DNA from: Actinomycetota bacterium
Lineage (GTDB): Bacteria > Actinomycetota > Acidimicrobiia > Acidimicrobiales > Poriferisodalaceae
Assembly: GCA_014238065.1 (NCBI GenBank)
Contig: JABABU010000009.1
Coordinates: 25,581 to 89,580, forward strand
Length of the DNA stretch: 64,000 nt
Direction: 5' to 3'
Part shown: positions 9,180 to 19,500 of the stretch, piece by piece
Position numbering within the stretch: position 1 is the stretch's first letter
Layout: each line of letters opens with the position of its first letter
The notes under the pieces: generated by a model
What the model was told of the DNA's origin: nothing
The model's database searches: none
What the model saw: only the letters and a program-made list of their open reading frames with translations
Made by a program: the position numbers and the translations under genes

Positions 9180-12100
9180 CGGATCGGGAGGCCGGCGATG
9201 GTCGCCTCGCCCTGGCACCCATGCAGCGGGCGCTCTGGGCGTCGCAGCGCCTCAACCCCACAGAGCCGCTGCAGAACATGGCGCATCTGACCCACATCGA
9301 CGGCCGGATCGACCCAGCCCGGTTCGCGGGAGCGTTCGCGTCTGTCGTGGCGGCCTCAGATGCGCTTCGCACACGAATCGTCGAGGTCGACGGCGTTCCA
9401 TGGGTGACTCTCGATGCCGATCAACCGGTCACCGAGATCCTCGAGATCCCACGAGACGAAGCCGACCCGTGGGCCCACCAACGCATCAACGAGCCATTGG
9501 ACATGGGCCGGAGGGGCCACGACAGTGCCCTACTGCTCCACGAAGACGGTACGGCCAGCTGGTACCTCGCCATCCACCACACCATCACCGACGCCACGTC
9601 GACGGCGATGGTCTTCGAAGCAACGAGCCGCGCCTATGCAGGGGACCCACCGACGTTTGGTTCCTACTACCAGTGGGCCGATCACATCGCCGAAAGACAC
9701 GACACGCGGGCCGGACGCGCCGACGCCCACTGGACCGCACGGAATCCACCACCACGGGTCGGCTCGCTCTATCGACACGCCGTCGCAGAGTCGACGCGCT
9801 CCACGCGACTGAACGCCGACCTCAACGACGACCTTGCGGCTGCAGCCGAAGCTGCACTGAACAGCGATTACCGGATGCTCAGCCAGGAGCTGGCATGGTC
9901 GACGGTGTTGTGCACGGCGGCCGCTGTTCATCTCCACCGTGTCACCGGCTGTCGGAGTCTCTCGGTCGGCTTGCCGGTTCACGGCAGGAATGATCCGACC
10001 GCGAGAGCCGTCGTCGGCGCCCTGGTCGAACTGTTCCCCGTCGACATCGAGATAGAACCCGGCGATGACTTCCTCACTCTCCATCGCAGAGTCGCCAGAT
10101 CAGTGATGTCGACGCTGTCGAACGCGGCCAATGGCACCTCTCCGCGACCCGACTACAGCGTCGTCGTAAACGTCATCCCGAAGGCCGGCTTCGGGCCCTT
10201 CGACGAAGCGGAGACGAAGACGCGGTGGATCCACCCCGGCGCATCCGACCCGACCAACCTGATATGGCTCCAACTGTCGCCGTACACGTCGGGCGCGCCG
10301 ACACTCGAGATCGACATCAACGCCACGGCTGCAGCACCCGAGGTCGCAACTCGGGTCGTCACGCACGTACAGAACATCCTCCGCTCGATGTTCGAATCAC
10401 CGACGCAACGCGTCAGCGAGGTCGATCTCGCCGGCACAGACGAAATCGAGACGCTTGATGCGTGGCGATCGACAGAGCCCGCAGGTGACGCTCCGTCGAC
10501 TCTCGAAGCACTGCGGAGGTCGTTGATCGACAGTCACGCTCCTGTCATCGAAGACGGGAACCTCTCACTCACGGGGAATGAGCTGTGGCGGCGTGTCGAA
10601 CAGGCGGCCTCGTGGATGGCGGCGAACGGAGCGGTCAGCGGCGACAGAGTCGCAGTTGCGATTCCACGAAGCGTCGATGCCGTCGTTGCGATCTTCGCCG
10701 TCATGCTCGCCGGTTGCTGCTACGTTCCGCTGGACCCGGCACACCCCCGGGAGCGACGTGATCGTCTTGCCTCTCGGGCAGGGTGCCGCATGACCATCAC
10801 CGAGCTTCCCCAGCCGATCGAGCACGAACTGCCGGCCCCCTCGATGCCAGCACGAGTGCCCACGGACGAGGCATACGTGCTGTTCACATCGGGATCGACC
10901 GGCGAACCGAAGGGTGTTCCCATCACCCATCGCGGGCTTGACACCTACATCGCATTCGCACTCGATGCCTACTTCGCCGGCAGCGGCGTACCCGTCGCTC
11001 CACTCTTCACGGCACTCACATTCGATCTCACCGTCACGACACTGTTCGCTCCTCTGATCGCAGGTGGTCGTCTCGTCGTCGTTCGGGAGGACGGCCCGAC
11101 CGGCGTGCTGCGAGTTGCCGACCGCTCCGATCTCACGTTCCTCAAGGCGACACCGTCGCATCTCGACATCCTGGTGAAGGCCAGACCGAAGTCGGTCGAA
11201 CTCGCAACGATCGTGGTCGGAGGAGAGGCATTCCCCGGCCATCTCGCAACCCAACTGTGGCGTACTTTTCCCGACGCCGAGGTCTTCAACGAATACGGCC
11301 CGACCGAAGCCGTCGTCGGATGCATGATCCACACGGCGACGGCCGAGGACGTCGAACGGTTCAGCGCCGTCCCGATCGGGCGCCCCGCACCAGGTGTGAC
11401 CCTCGCTGTCGTCGACGACCTCCTCTCCACCTTGCCGATCGGCGCTGTCGGCGAGTTGTGTATCGCATCCGATGGACTCACAGCCGGTTACCTCGACGAC
11501 CATGCTGGACCCGACCCGTTCGTCACCATCGGCGGTACACGGCACTATCGATCAGGGGACCTCGTTCGCCTCGTGGACGATTCCACTCTCATGTACGTGG
11601 GACGCGCCGACGAGCAGATCAAGATCGGTGGCATCCGGCTGGAGCCGACCGAGGTCGAGCATGCCCTCCTCGAGCATCCCGAGATCGCCGGTGCCGCCGT
11701 CAGACTCCGGCACGGGATACTCGTCGCGTGGGTGGTGAAAGCCGGCGGGGCAGAGCCTCCGGCGCCCGACGCGCTGACCCGTCATCTGGCGACCAGGCTT
11801 CCTTCGCACGCCATTCCGGGCGCCTTCGTCGCCGTCGACGAACTGCCAGTCACCACGAACGGCAAGCTCGACGACGCCTCCCTTCCCGACCCAGACCGTT
11901 CCGACCACCACGGCACCACCGCCTTCGTCGCGCCGGAGACCGACCTCGAGCGCGCGGTGGTCGCGGTCTACGAGGCCGCAATCGAGCGACATGTCGGCCT
12001 CGATGACGATTTCTTCGCTTCGGGCGGCGACAGCCTCGGCGCCATCGCCATGATCGTCGCGCTCGAGTCGAAGATCGGCGTTCCGCTGGCCGAGTCGGCC

Positions 12101-15100
12101 GCGTTCTCCTATACGACGCCGCGGACGCTCGTCGCAGCCATCGAAGCCGGATCCGCTGACAGGACCGAGGACGGCCCGACTCCCAGGGAACCAGGAACAC
12201 CACCCCCTCTGTCGAGTGGCGAAGCGTCACTGCTGTACGAGCACCTCTTGCAGCCCGACAGCCGTCGATACAACATCGCACGGCGCTACATCGTCGAGGG
12301 TCCGACCGACGCCGGTCGTCTCGAACGGTCGGTGCGTGCCATCGTTGCCGACCACGAACCGTTCCGATGGACGTTCTCGGAGCCTCGCCGCGAGTTGAGC
12401 GTGTCCGAGGCGCTCTCGTTCGACGAGGGCACCGGCGTCGTGTCCGAAGCCGAGTTTGCAGCCAAGGTCGACGCCCTGAGCGGAATCGCCTACGACCTCG
12501 ATCACGGGCCGCTCATGAGAGTGGTCCATCGCTGTCTCGATGCCAACAGAACCGGCATCGCGATCATGATGCATCACGTCAGCGGCGACGCCGGCACACT
12601 CGATCGGCTGTGGGAGCAGCTCGACGATCGCTACACATCCGGCCGTGCTCCCGCAATCGGCTTCAGGTACTCGGACCATGCAACCTGGCAACGTTCGCGC
12701 GACAACACCGAAGCGGCGAGATTCTGGTCGAGCGACCAGCTCGCGCTTCCGACGGCGACGATCTCGCACGACACCGCTGGCCCCTCTCGCGACGGTTACG
12801 TCTCACGACGGGCATCGTTCGGGCCCGACGACCTTCGAGCTGGACCGGGAACGACGCCGTTCGTGACTTCACTGGCGGCGCTGGCCTGGATGCTTCGACG
12901 CAGGGCCGACGGCGACAGGATCGGCGTCGCCTTCACGGGTTCGACGCGAGATCACCCTGGCGCAGAGCCGTTGCTCGGGTACTACCTCAACACGCTGCCA
13001 TTCGTGGTCGAGGTCGACGCAGCCGACTCGGCAGCACAAGTGGTGAAACGATGTAGCGAACTCATCCCCGAAACGATCGCACACAGGGCATACCCCTACG
13101 CTCAGATCGTCGCCGACCGGCGGGCAGCTGACCTGCCACCGCCGTCGGCATCGATACTGTTCACGCTCGAAGAGCTGGGCCCTGTCGAGTTCGGCGGCTA
13201 CGTCGCGACACCGACGATCGTGCCGAACCACGAAGCCGTCACCGACCTGGCGGTCTTCGTCATCGTGGGTCGTGACTCCATCGAGCTCGGCGTCGAGCAC
13301 AGCGGCACGGTCATCGACGCCGAGGGGGCTGCCGAGCTGCTCGACGACCTCGACGCAGCCATTCTCCACACACTCGAGCGTCCGACGTCGCCTCCCGAGT
13401 CGCTCGCGCTGCCGTCCATCGGCCGGCCGGTCGACGGAGCGCTGTTCGCGACCGAACCCGATCTCAGCGTCGTCGACGTCTTCTCCGACATCGCCCGACG
13501 CACACCGGATTCCGTCGGTGCGATGTGTGGTTGCGTCGAGCTGACCTATCGCGAGATCGACGAGGCTTCGAACCGGCTCGCGAATCACCTGCGCGGCCTC
13601 GGAGTCGAGAGGGGTGAGTTCATCGGCGTCGAGGCCAGCCGCAACCCTCACACCATCGCTGCGATCCTCGGTGTGCTCAAGACGGGGGCTGCATACGTTC
13701 CGCTCGACCCCGAGTATCCGGCCAGCCACCGCTCGATGGTCCTCGACGACGCGGACATCACGCACATCGTCTCTTCCACTCGGCTGGACGCACCGGGCGA
13801 GTCGACGTCGGTGATCGGACTGAACGATGAGTCGGTAAGTTCCGCGTCGCCAGATCGGCCGGCGATTCAGCTCAGCGACACGGACGCCGCGTACGTGATC
13901 TACACCTCCGGCTCCACCGGTCGGCCCAAGGGGGTGGTGGTGTCGCACGGAAACATCGCTCACTCCACGTACGCGCGCCGTCTCGTGTACCCCGACCCGC
14001 CGTCGAGCTTCCTGCTCCTGTCGTCGTTCGCGTTCGACAGCTCGATGGTCGGCCTGTGGTGGTCACTGACCACCGGTGGCCGAGTCGTCCTGCCGCAGGA
14101 GGGTGAACAGACCGATGTCTGGCGGCTCGGAGAGATCATCGAGTCGGAGTCGATCACACACGTGCTGGCGTTGCCGTCGCTGTACGAGCTGATCGTCGCT
14201 GAGCTGAAGCCAGGGAACGTCGATCACCTGACCACCGCCATCGTCGCAGGTGAGGCGTGTCGGCCGAGCACCATCGCCGCTCACCTCGAGGCCGGACTCA
14301 CGGCGGCCCTGTACAACGAGTTCGGCCCGACGGAGGCAACGGTGTGGACACACGCCGCCCGCGTCGACACCCTCCCATCCGGCGAGTTGCCGCCGATCGG
14401 CAGCCCGATACCGGGCGTGAAGTCCGCCGTCGTCGACCAGAGCGGTCGGCTCCTTCCGGTGGGAACCCCTGGTGAGTTGGTCGTTGCCGGTCCGACGGTC
14501 GCTGCCGGCTACCACCGGCGAGCAGAGCTCACCGCCGAGAAGTTCGGACCGATTCCTTCTCTCGGGGACGGGCGCTGGTATCGCACGGGCGACATCGTGA
14601 AACAACGCCGCGACGGCACGTTCATGTTCACCGGACGCATCGACGATCAAGTCAAAATCAGGGGACACCGGATCGAGCTCGGTGAGGTCGCCGCAGCCGC
14701 ATCGGCCAACCCCGGCGTGATCGAGGCTGTTGCCGGAATCGCGGCTTGTGATGAACCGACCACGCCGCGGCTTGCAGTCTGGTTCACCACGAACGGCGAT
14801 GTCGGGTGCGCCGAGGTGAGGGACACCATCGAGTCGAGACTCCCTGGCCACATGGTGCCGACGCTGCTACGCGAGCTGGATCACTTTCCTCGAACTCCGG
14901 CAGGCAAGGTCGACAGGGCAGCTCTTCCCGAACCGCTGCCGGTCGAGTCCACCCGAGCTGTCGGGCGTGCCCCGGCAGGTGAGCCCGAGGTGGCACTCGC
15001 CCGAGTGTGGTGTGACGTGCTCGGACTCCCCGAGGTCAAGGCCGACGACAACTTCTTCGATCTCGGTGGCGACTCGATCGTGAGCATCCAGATCGTGTCG

Positions 15101-16576
15101 CGGCTGCGCAAGCTCGGTTACACCTCGACCCCGCGCGACCTGTTCATGAACCAGACGATCGGCGAACTCGCCGCCACACTCACCCAGACCGATGCTGCGA
15201 CGCGACCACTGCCGCTCATCGACCCGACGGGTCCTGCCCCGCTGAGCGCGATCCAGAGCTGGTTTTTCAACCAAGGCTTCGCCGATCCGTCCCACTGGAA
15301 CCAGAGCATCTGGCTCGATCTCGAGCCTGGAACCGATGTTCCACGTCTCGGCGCTGCGCTTCGGGCAGTCGTGGAGCGCCATCCCATCCTCCGAACGACG
15401 TTCGAGAGCGCTGATGGTCGAATCGTTCAACAGATCGGCGCAGGGACGGAGCCGGCGCCGGTCGAACTTCACCGCTACCTCGACGACGTTCAACGAAACC
15501 ATGTGCGGGCCAGGCTCGACGACTCTCTCGACCTCTCGTCAGGCCGACTCGTCGCAGCCGCTGCGTTTCTGGAAGCCGACGGTGGGGTGTCTTTCTATCT
15601 CACGATTCATCACCTCGTGATCGACGGGGTGTCGTGGGGGCCACTGCTCGACGAGCTGTCCCAGGCCTACCGAAACCCGGATCACCATGCAATCAGGCCT
15701 CTCGGCACAAGCGCGTCGTTCCGGGCATGGGCCACGGCGTGCGCGGGTCTGACCGAAGCCGGAACAGGAGGTGACCACTGGAAGGCGACTGCAGCGCGAA
15801 TCGAGACCTCGACGCTTCCCCCCGAAGACGAGAATCGAGCCGGTGCAGAGAGATCAGCACTCGCCACCCTCGACGAGACACAGACGGCATCATGGCTCCT
15901 CCGCGGTGATGGCCCTCACGCTCTGGTAGCTGCCACTTGTGTCGGCCTCGGGGAAGCGCTCGGGAGAGCCGACATCGGACTCATGCTCGAAGGTCACGGA
16001 CGCGAGGCTCAGGTCGCCGGCGACATCGATGTCACAGGAACAATCGGCTGGTTCACCTCCATGTTCCCGATCGTCGTCGAGAACGTGCATCGCGCCGCGA
16101 ACGCGGTTCTGGGTGACGTCGCCGCAACCATGAACGCCCTCCCCGACAGCGGGGTCGGCTATGGCATCCAACGCGAGGTGCTCGAGATCAGCGGTGTCGT
16201 CGAGTCACCGACGCCCGATCTCGCGTTGAACTACCTCGGCCAACTCGACCGGACCATCAAGGTCTCGAACCCGATCATCGCCGCGGGGCGACTGAACGGG
16301 TCCGTTGGCCGAGCGAACGTGCGCGGCGAATCGATCGGCGTGCTCTGTTTCGTGAAAGACGAGCGTCTGAACATCGAGGTACTGCACGTCGACGCTGCGC
16401 TCTCGACGCAAGGGGCACAGCTACTGGTGAATCGCATCGCCGAGATCATCGCCACCGAGTTGTCGACAGAGGACCGTGGCACCTCGACGGTCGCGGAGAG
16501 GGACTTCGATCTTGTCGACCTCGAGGAACCAGAGCTCGATCACCTCACAGAGTTACTGAAGAGCCTCGACGCGTGA
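9176..16576 (+). CDS. Non-ribosomal peptide synthetase, domain order C-A-T-C-A-T-E
   Basis: ATG at 9176 overlaps the PCP stop (ATGA). HHTITD (9575-9592) and HHVSGD (12572-12589) C motifs; two full A-domain motif sets; GGDSL and GGDSI carrier sites. The terminal domain has E motifs SAIQSWF, HHLVIDGVS, EGHGRE, GWFTSMFP, GVGYG, LNYLGQ. Confidence 0.95.
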   Translation: MTDREAGDGRLALAPMQRALWASQRLNPTEPLQNMAHLTHIDGRIDPARFAGAFASVVAASDALRTRIVEVDGVPWVTLDADQPVTEILEIPRDEADPWAHQRINEPLDMGRRGHDSALLLHEDGTASWYLAIHHTITDATSTAMVFEATSRAYAGDPPTFGSYYQWADHIAERHDTRAGRADAHWTARNPPPRVGSLYRHAVAESTRSTRLNADLNDDLAAAAEAALNSDYRMLSQELAWSTVLCTAAAVHLHRVTGCRSLSVGLPVHGRNDPTARAVVGALVELFPVDIEIEPGDDFLTLHRRVARSVMSTLSNAANGTSPRPDYSVVVNVIPKAGFGPFDEAETKTRWIHPGASDPTNLIWLQLSPYTSGAPTLEIDINATAAAPEVATRVVTHVQNILRSMFESPTQRVSEVDLAGTDEIETLDAWRSTEPAGDAPSTLEALRRSLIDSHAPVIEDGNLSLTGNELWRRVEQAASWMAANGAVSGDRVAVAIPRSVDAVVAIFAVMLAGCCYVPLDPAHPRERRDRLASRAGCRMTITELPQPIEHELPAPSMPARVPTDEAYVLFTSGSTGEPKGVPITHRGLDTYIAFALDAYFAGSGVPVAPLFTALTFDLTVTTLFAPLIAGGRLVVVREDGPTGVLRVADRSDLTFLKATPSHLDILVKARPKSVELATIVVGGEAFPGHLATQLWRTFPDAEVFNEYGPTEAVVGCMIHTATAEDVERFSAVPIGRPAPGVTLAVVDDLLSTLPIGAVGELCIASDGLTAGYLDDHAGPDPFVTIGGTRHYRSGDLVRLVDDSTLMYVGRADEQIKIGGIRLEPTEVEHALLEHPEIAGAAVRLRHGILVAWVVKAGGAEPPAPDALTRHLATRLPSHAIPGAFVAVDELPVTTNGKLDDASLPDPDRSDHHGTTAFVAPETDLERAVVAVYEAAIERHVGLDDDFFASGGDSLGAIAMIVALESKIGVPLAESAAFSYTTPRTLVAAIEAGSADRTEDGPTPREPGTPPPLSSGEASLLYEHLLQPDSRRYNIARRYIVEGPTDAGRLERSVRAIVADHEPFRWTFSEPRRELSVSEALSFDEGTGVVSEAEFAAKVDALSGIAYDLDHGPLMRVVHRCLDANRTGIAIMMHHVSGDAGTLDRLWEQLDDRYTSGRAPAIGFRYSDHATWQRSRDNTEAARFWSSDQLALPTATISHDTAGPSRDGYVSRRASFGPDDLRAGPGTTPFVTSLAALAWMLRRRADGDRIGVAFTGSTRDHPGAEPLLGYYLNTLPFVVEVDAADSAAQVVKRCSELIPETIAHRAYPYAQIVADRRAADLPPPSASILFTLEELGPVEFGGYVATPTIVPNHEAVTDLAVFVIVGRDSIELGVEHSGTVIDAEGAAELLDDLDAAILHTLERPTSPPESLALPSIGRPVDGALFATEPDLSVVDVFSDIARRTPDSVGAMCGCVELTYREIDEASNRLANHLRGLGVERGEFIGVEASRNPHTIAAILGVLKTGAAYVPLDPEYPASHRSMVLDDADITHIVSSTRLDAPGESTSVIGLNDESVSSASPDRPAIQLSDTDAAYVIYTSGSTGRPKGVVVSHGNIAHSTYARRLVYPDPPSSFLLLSSFAFDSSMVGLWWSLTTGGRVVLPQEGEQTDVWRLGEIIESESITHVLALPSLYELIVAELKPGNVDHLTTAIVAGEACRPSTIAAHLEAGLTAALYNEFGPTEATVWTHAARVDTLPSGELPPIGSPIPGVKSAVVDQSGRLLPVGTPGELVVAGPTVAAGYHRRAELTAEKFGPIPSLGDGRWYRTGDIVKQRRDGTFMFTGRIDDQVKIRGHRIELGEVAAAASANPGVIEAVAGIAACDEPTTPRLAVWFTTNGDVGCAEVRDTIESRLPGHMVPTLLRELDHFPRTPAGKVDRAALPEPLPVESTRAVGRAPAGEPEVALARVWCDVLGLPEVKADDNFFDLGGDSIVSIQIVSRLRKLGYTSTPRDLFMNQTIGELAATLTQTDAATRPLPLIDPTGPAPLSAIQSWFFNQGFADPSHWNQSIWLDLEPGTDVPRLGAALRAVVERHPILRTTFESADGRIVQQIGAGTEPAPVELHRYLDDVQRNHVRARLDDSLDLSSGRLVAAAAFLEADGGVSFYLTIHHLVIDGVSWGPLLDELSQAYRNPDHHAIRPLGTSASFRAWATACAGLTEAGTGGDHWKATAARIETSTLPPEDENRAGAERSALATLDETQTASWLLRGDGPHALVAATCVGLGEALGRADIGLMLEGHGREAQVAGDIDVTGTIGWFTSMFPIVVENVHRAANAVLGDVAATMNALPDSGVGYGIQREVLEISGVVESPTPDLALNYLGQLDRTIKVSNPIIAAGRLNGSVGRANVRGESIGVLCFVKDERLNIEVLHVDAALSTQGAQLLVNRIAEIIATELSTEDRGTSTVAERDFDLVDLEEPELDHLTELLKSLDA
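9215..10490 (+). other. NRPS-1 condensation domain C1 (N-terminal, starter-type position)
   Basis: LAPMQRALW N-terminal motif and HHTITDATS active site. It is the first domain of the protein, so it must accept a donor delivered in trans. Borders are approximate. Confidence 0.8.
10500..11880 (+). other. NRPS-1 adenylation domain A1 (by-eye code D-L-T-K-V-G-E-V-G-K, Asn-like)
   Basis: FTSGSTGEPKG, FDLTVT, LKATPSH, VVGGEA, NEYGPTEAVVGC, YRSGD, NGKLD. The code was read by aligning to the GrsA-PheA core motifs. Borders are approximate. Confidence 0.75.
11935..12140 (+). other. NRPS-1 thiolation domain T1
   Basis: DDDFFASGGDSLGAIAM; Ser codon at 12032-12034. Confidence 0.85.
12205..13455 (+). other. 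NRPS-1 condensation domain C2
   Basis: MMHHVSGDAGT active-site motif at 12572-12589. Borders are approximate. Confidence 0.8.
13462..14917 (+). other. NRPS-1 adenylation domain A2 (by-eye code D-S-V-A-I-A-E-V-W-K; substrate not assigned)
   Basis: YTSGSTGRPKG, FAFDSSMVG, LALPSLY, IVAGEA, NEFGPTEATVW, YRTGD, GRIDDQVKIRGHRIE, PAGKVD. Confidence 0.75.
14985..15180 (+). other. NRPS-1 thiolation domain T2
   Basis: DDNFFDLGGDSIVSIQI; Ser codon at 15074-15076. Confidence 0.85.
15238..16500 (+). other. NRPS-1 epimerisation domain E, followed by an acidic COM-like tail (16500-16573)
   Basis: All seven E-type motifs are recognisable (see parent CDS). HHLVIDGVSW at 15608-15634. Tail is ERDFDLVDLEEPELDHLTELLKSLDA. 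Confidence 0.8.
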
Positions 16577-19500
16577 CGTACCCCGAAGGAGAGGGTCGAG
16601 TTCACCAAGCATGCATTCGACCAAACGTGATGCGTTTGCTCCAAGCAAGAGGTCGGCATGTCGGCCCGGGACCACTTGGACCGTGAGGCCGGCCGGCGTC
16701 GACGCCCATCCTCGAGTTGGTCCATGTCGTTCGTACGCCCAGTCGATGTGCTCCGCGGTGAACAGCAATACACGACCGCTGAATGGCGCTGTCACATGAC
16801 CGTGGACCGCTGCGATGAGGCTCTCGCGAAGGTGAACCTCGCGCAGTTTGATCGGCATCGACTCGGGGGAAGCATCGCTGGTCGCTGACGAATAGAGTTT
16901 CATGCGGCGGCGCCTGACCGCACGCTCATTCCATCGCGACCTCAACGTCGCAACGCCTCCGCTCCCCAGTCGAACGAGTCGCCTCATCGTCGGCGCCCGA
17001 GATCGGATGAGAGATGGATGGGTCGTGTCGAGCAACAGCACGGCGAGCACATCTGCGCCGGACGCTTCGAGGCGATAGGCCATCTCATGCGCGATGACTC
17101 CACCCGCCGAGTATCCGGCGAGCACGTACGGGCCCTTGGGCTGACGCCGCGTGACCTCCGCGAGGTACGCGTCGCAGTACTCGTCGATGGTGGTGTGGAC
17201 GTCAGCCACGCCGTCGACGCCTGCGGCCTGGATCCCGACGAGGTTCCATGAGCCCTCGAGCTCGACACCCATGGCTCGCATGTTCATGACGTTCCCGCCG
17301 GCTCCATGGACGCAGAAGATCGTCGGAAGATCCGGCGAAGTCCGATTCACGTCCACCAGGTGATGCCACGACATCGCTTCGCCTTCGGGAGAGTTGACGA
17401 GCCTCGCCAGCGCTGCGGCGGTTGGCCTCTCGAACAGCGTCGCAAGCTGTACGTCGCGATCGAACGCCTTCTTGATCCTGGCGATCAACTTCAACGCCAG
17501 CAGACTGTGACCTCCGACGTCGAAGAAGTCGTCATCGATTCCGACGTGGTCGCCGATCACCATTCGCCAGAGCGCCAGCATCTCCGTTTCGTGCGGGAGA
17601 AGATTGCTTCTGGTCTCTGTCTCTCGGGGTACTACATCGGCCGCCGGAAGGCTTCGCCTGTCGAGCTTGCCGCTCGGAGTTCGCGGGAACTCGTCGAGCA
17701 CGACCACGGCGGTCGGGGTCATCTGCGACGACAGTCTCGCAGTGCATCGATCGATCACCTGCCACGGTTCGACTGATTCGCCACCGACCGCGGTGACGTA
17801 GGCGATGAGTCGTTCGCGGCCTTCGGCACCTTCGAGCACCACAACGACTTCGGACACAGACGGATCGTCCCTGATGGCGGTCTCGATCTCACCGAGTTCG
17901 ACCCTGACTCCTCTGACCTTCACCTGGTGGTCATTGCGCCCGAGACACTCCAACTGGCCGCCAGGCAACCAACGTCCGAGGTCGCCGGTCCGGTAGAGGC
18001 CCGTCAGTTCCCTTCCGGCAACCGACGCTTCGAAGAAGGCCTCTAGGGTGAGGTCGTCTCGGCGCCAGTATCCGTGCGCCAACACCGTGCCGCTGACGTG
18101 TATCTCCCCGACGACACCGACCGGTACCGGTCGACGCAACGAGTCGAGCACGAAGACCTTGCAGTTGTCGATGGGTCGCCCGATCGGGACCGACTCGCAC
18201 TCGACCTCCCATCGGTCGTCGTAGTGGGCGACGTCGAGTGTGGCTTCGCTCATTCCGTAGAAGTTGAGAAGGACGGCGTGGGGCATCTGAGTCCTGAACC
18301 GGTCCGCCAACTCTCGTGAGGTCCGTTCGCCGCTGAAGGTCCAGTAGACGAGATCAGGGAGTCTGCTTGCGAGATCGGGATGAGTGTCGAGCAGCACCCT
18401 GATGTAGGACGGGACCAGAACCACGCGCCTGATTCTGTGTCTGGCGAGAAGGTCGATGAATCGGTTCGAGTCAATCAGCACATCCTCAGGTACGAGCACC
18501 TGTGGACGGCCGAGCAGAAGAGCTCCCCACAGCTCCCAGAGGTGGTCGACGAAGCTCAGAGTCGTCTTCTGACACAGCACCTCGTCGTCGCCGACCGGGT
18601 AGTCACCCGCCTGCCACAGCACTCGATTGATGACCCCGCGGTGATGGCTGCGAACCCCCTTCGGTCGGCCGGTCGATCCCGAGGTGAACGGAATGAGCAC
18701 TGTCGACTCGGGCCCGATGTCTGGCGTGGGCGGCGCCCCGGCGCGACCCGACAACTCGATCTCGTCGAGCTTCAGGACGTCGACGGCCATCGCCTCAAAA
18801 CGATCCTCATCGAGCTGTTCGGCCGAAGCCGTGTTGGCGAGGACCATCGGCATAGCGGAGTCTTGGGCGATGAGAGCGATGCGATCCCTCGGGTGTGTCG
18901 GGTCGAGCGGCACGTATGCGCCACCCGCCTTCACGACCGCGAGGACGGCAACGACCATGTCGAACGACCTGTGGATCGAGACACCCACCGGCGTTTCGGG
19001 ACCGACGCCACGTTCCACCAGGAGCCACGCAAGCGCTGAGGACCGGTTGTCGAGTTCGGAGAACGTCATCGACTGATCCCCCGAGATCAACGCCGTCGCG
19101 TGCGGCGCGTCGCGCACCACATCTGCGAAGAGCTCGTCGAGCGTTCTGTCCAGTTGATGATCGCGGTCGGTTTCGTTCCATCTATCGACGATCGTTGCGA
19201 CCTCGCCCTCGGTCATCACCTCGACGCAGGCAGCCGAGGCCGGCCCGTTCGTGGCGAGATCGACGAGGGCAGTTCCGAGGTGGCCCATCAGCTGCGCCAT
19301 TTGTTCAGACGCGAACCTCGCATTGTCGAACAACACCGTGAATCCGAGTGGTTCACCCGGGCGCACCATGACCGTGATCGGGTAGTGGCTTTGCTCGAAC
19401 ACATCGCCGCGGGTGACCTTCAGCGACGTCTCGCCGCTTCGCCGACTCATGGGGTAGTTCTCGAACACCAGGATCGACTCGAAGAGTTCCGTCCCAGGGG

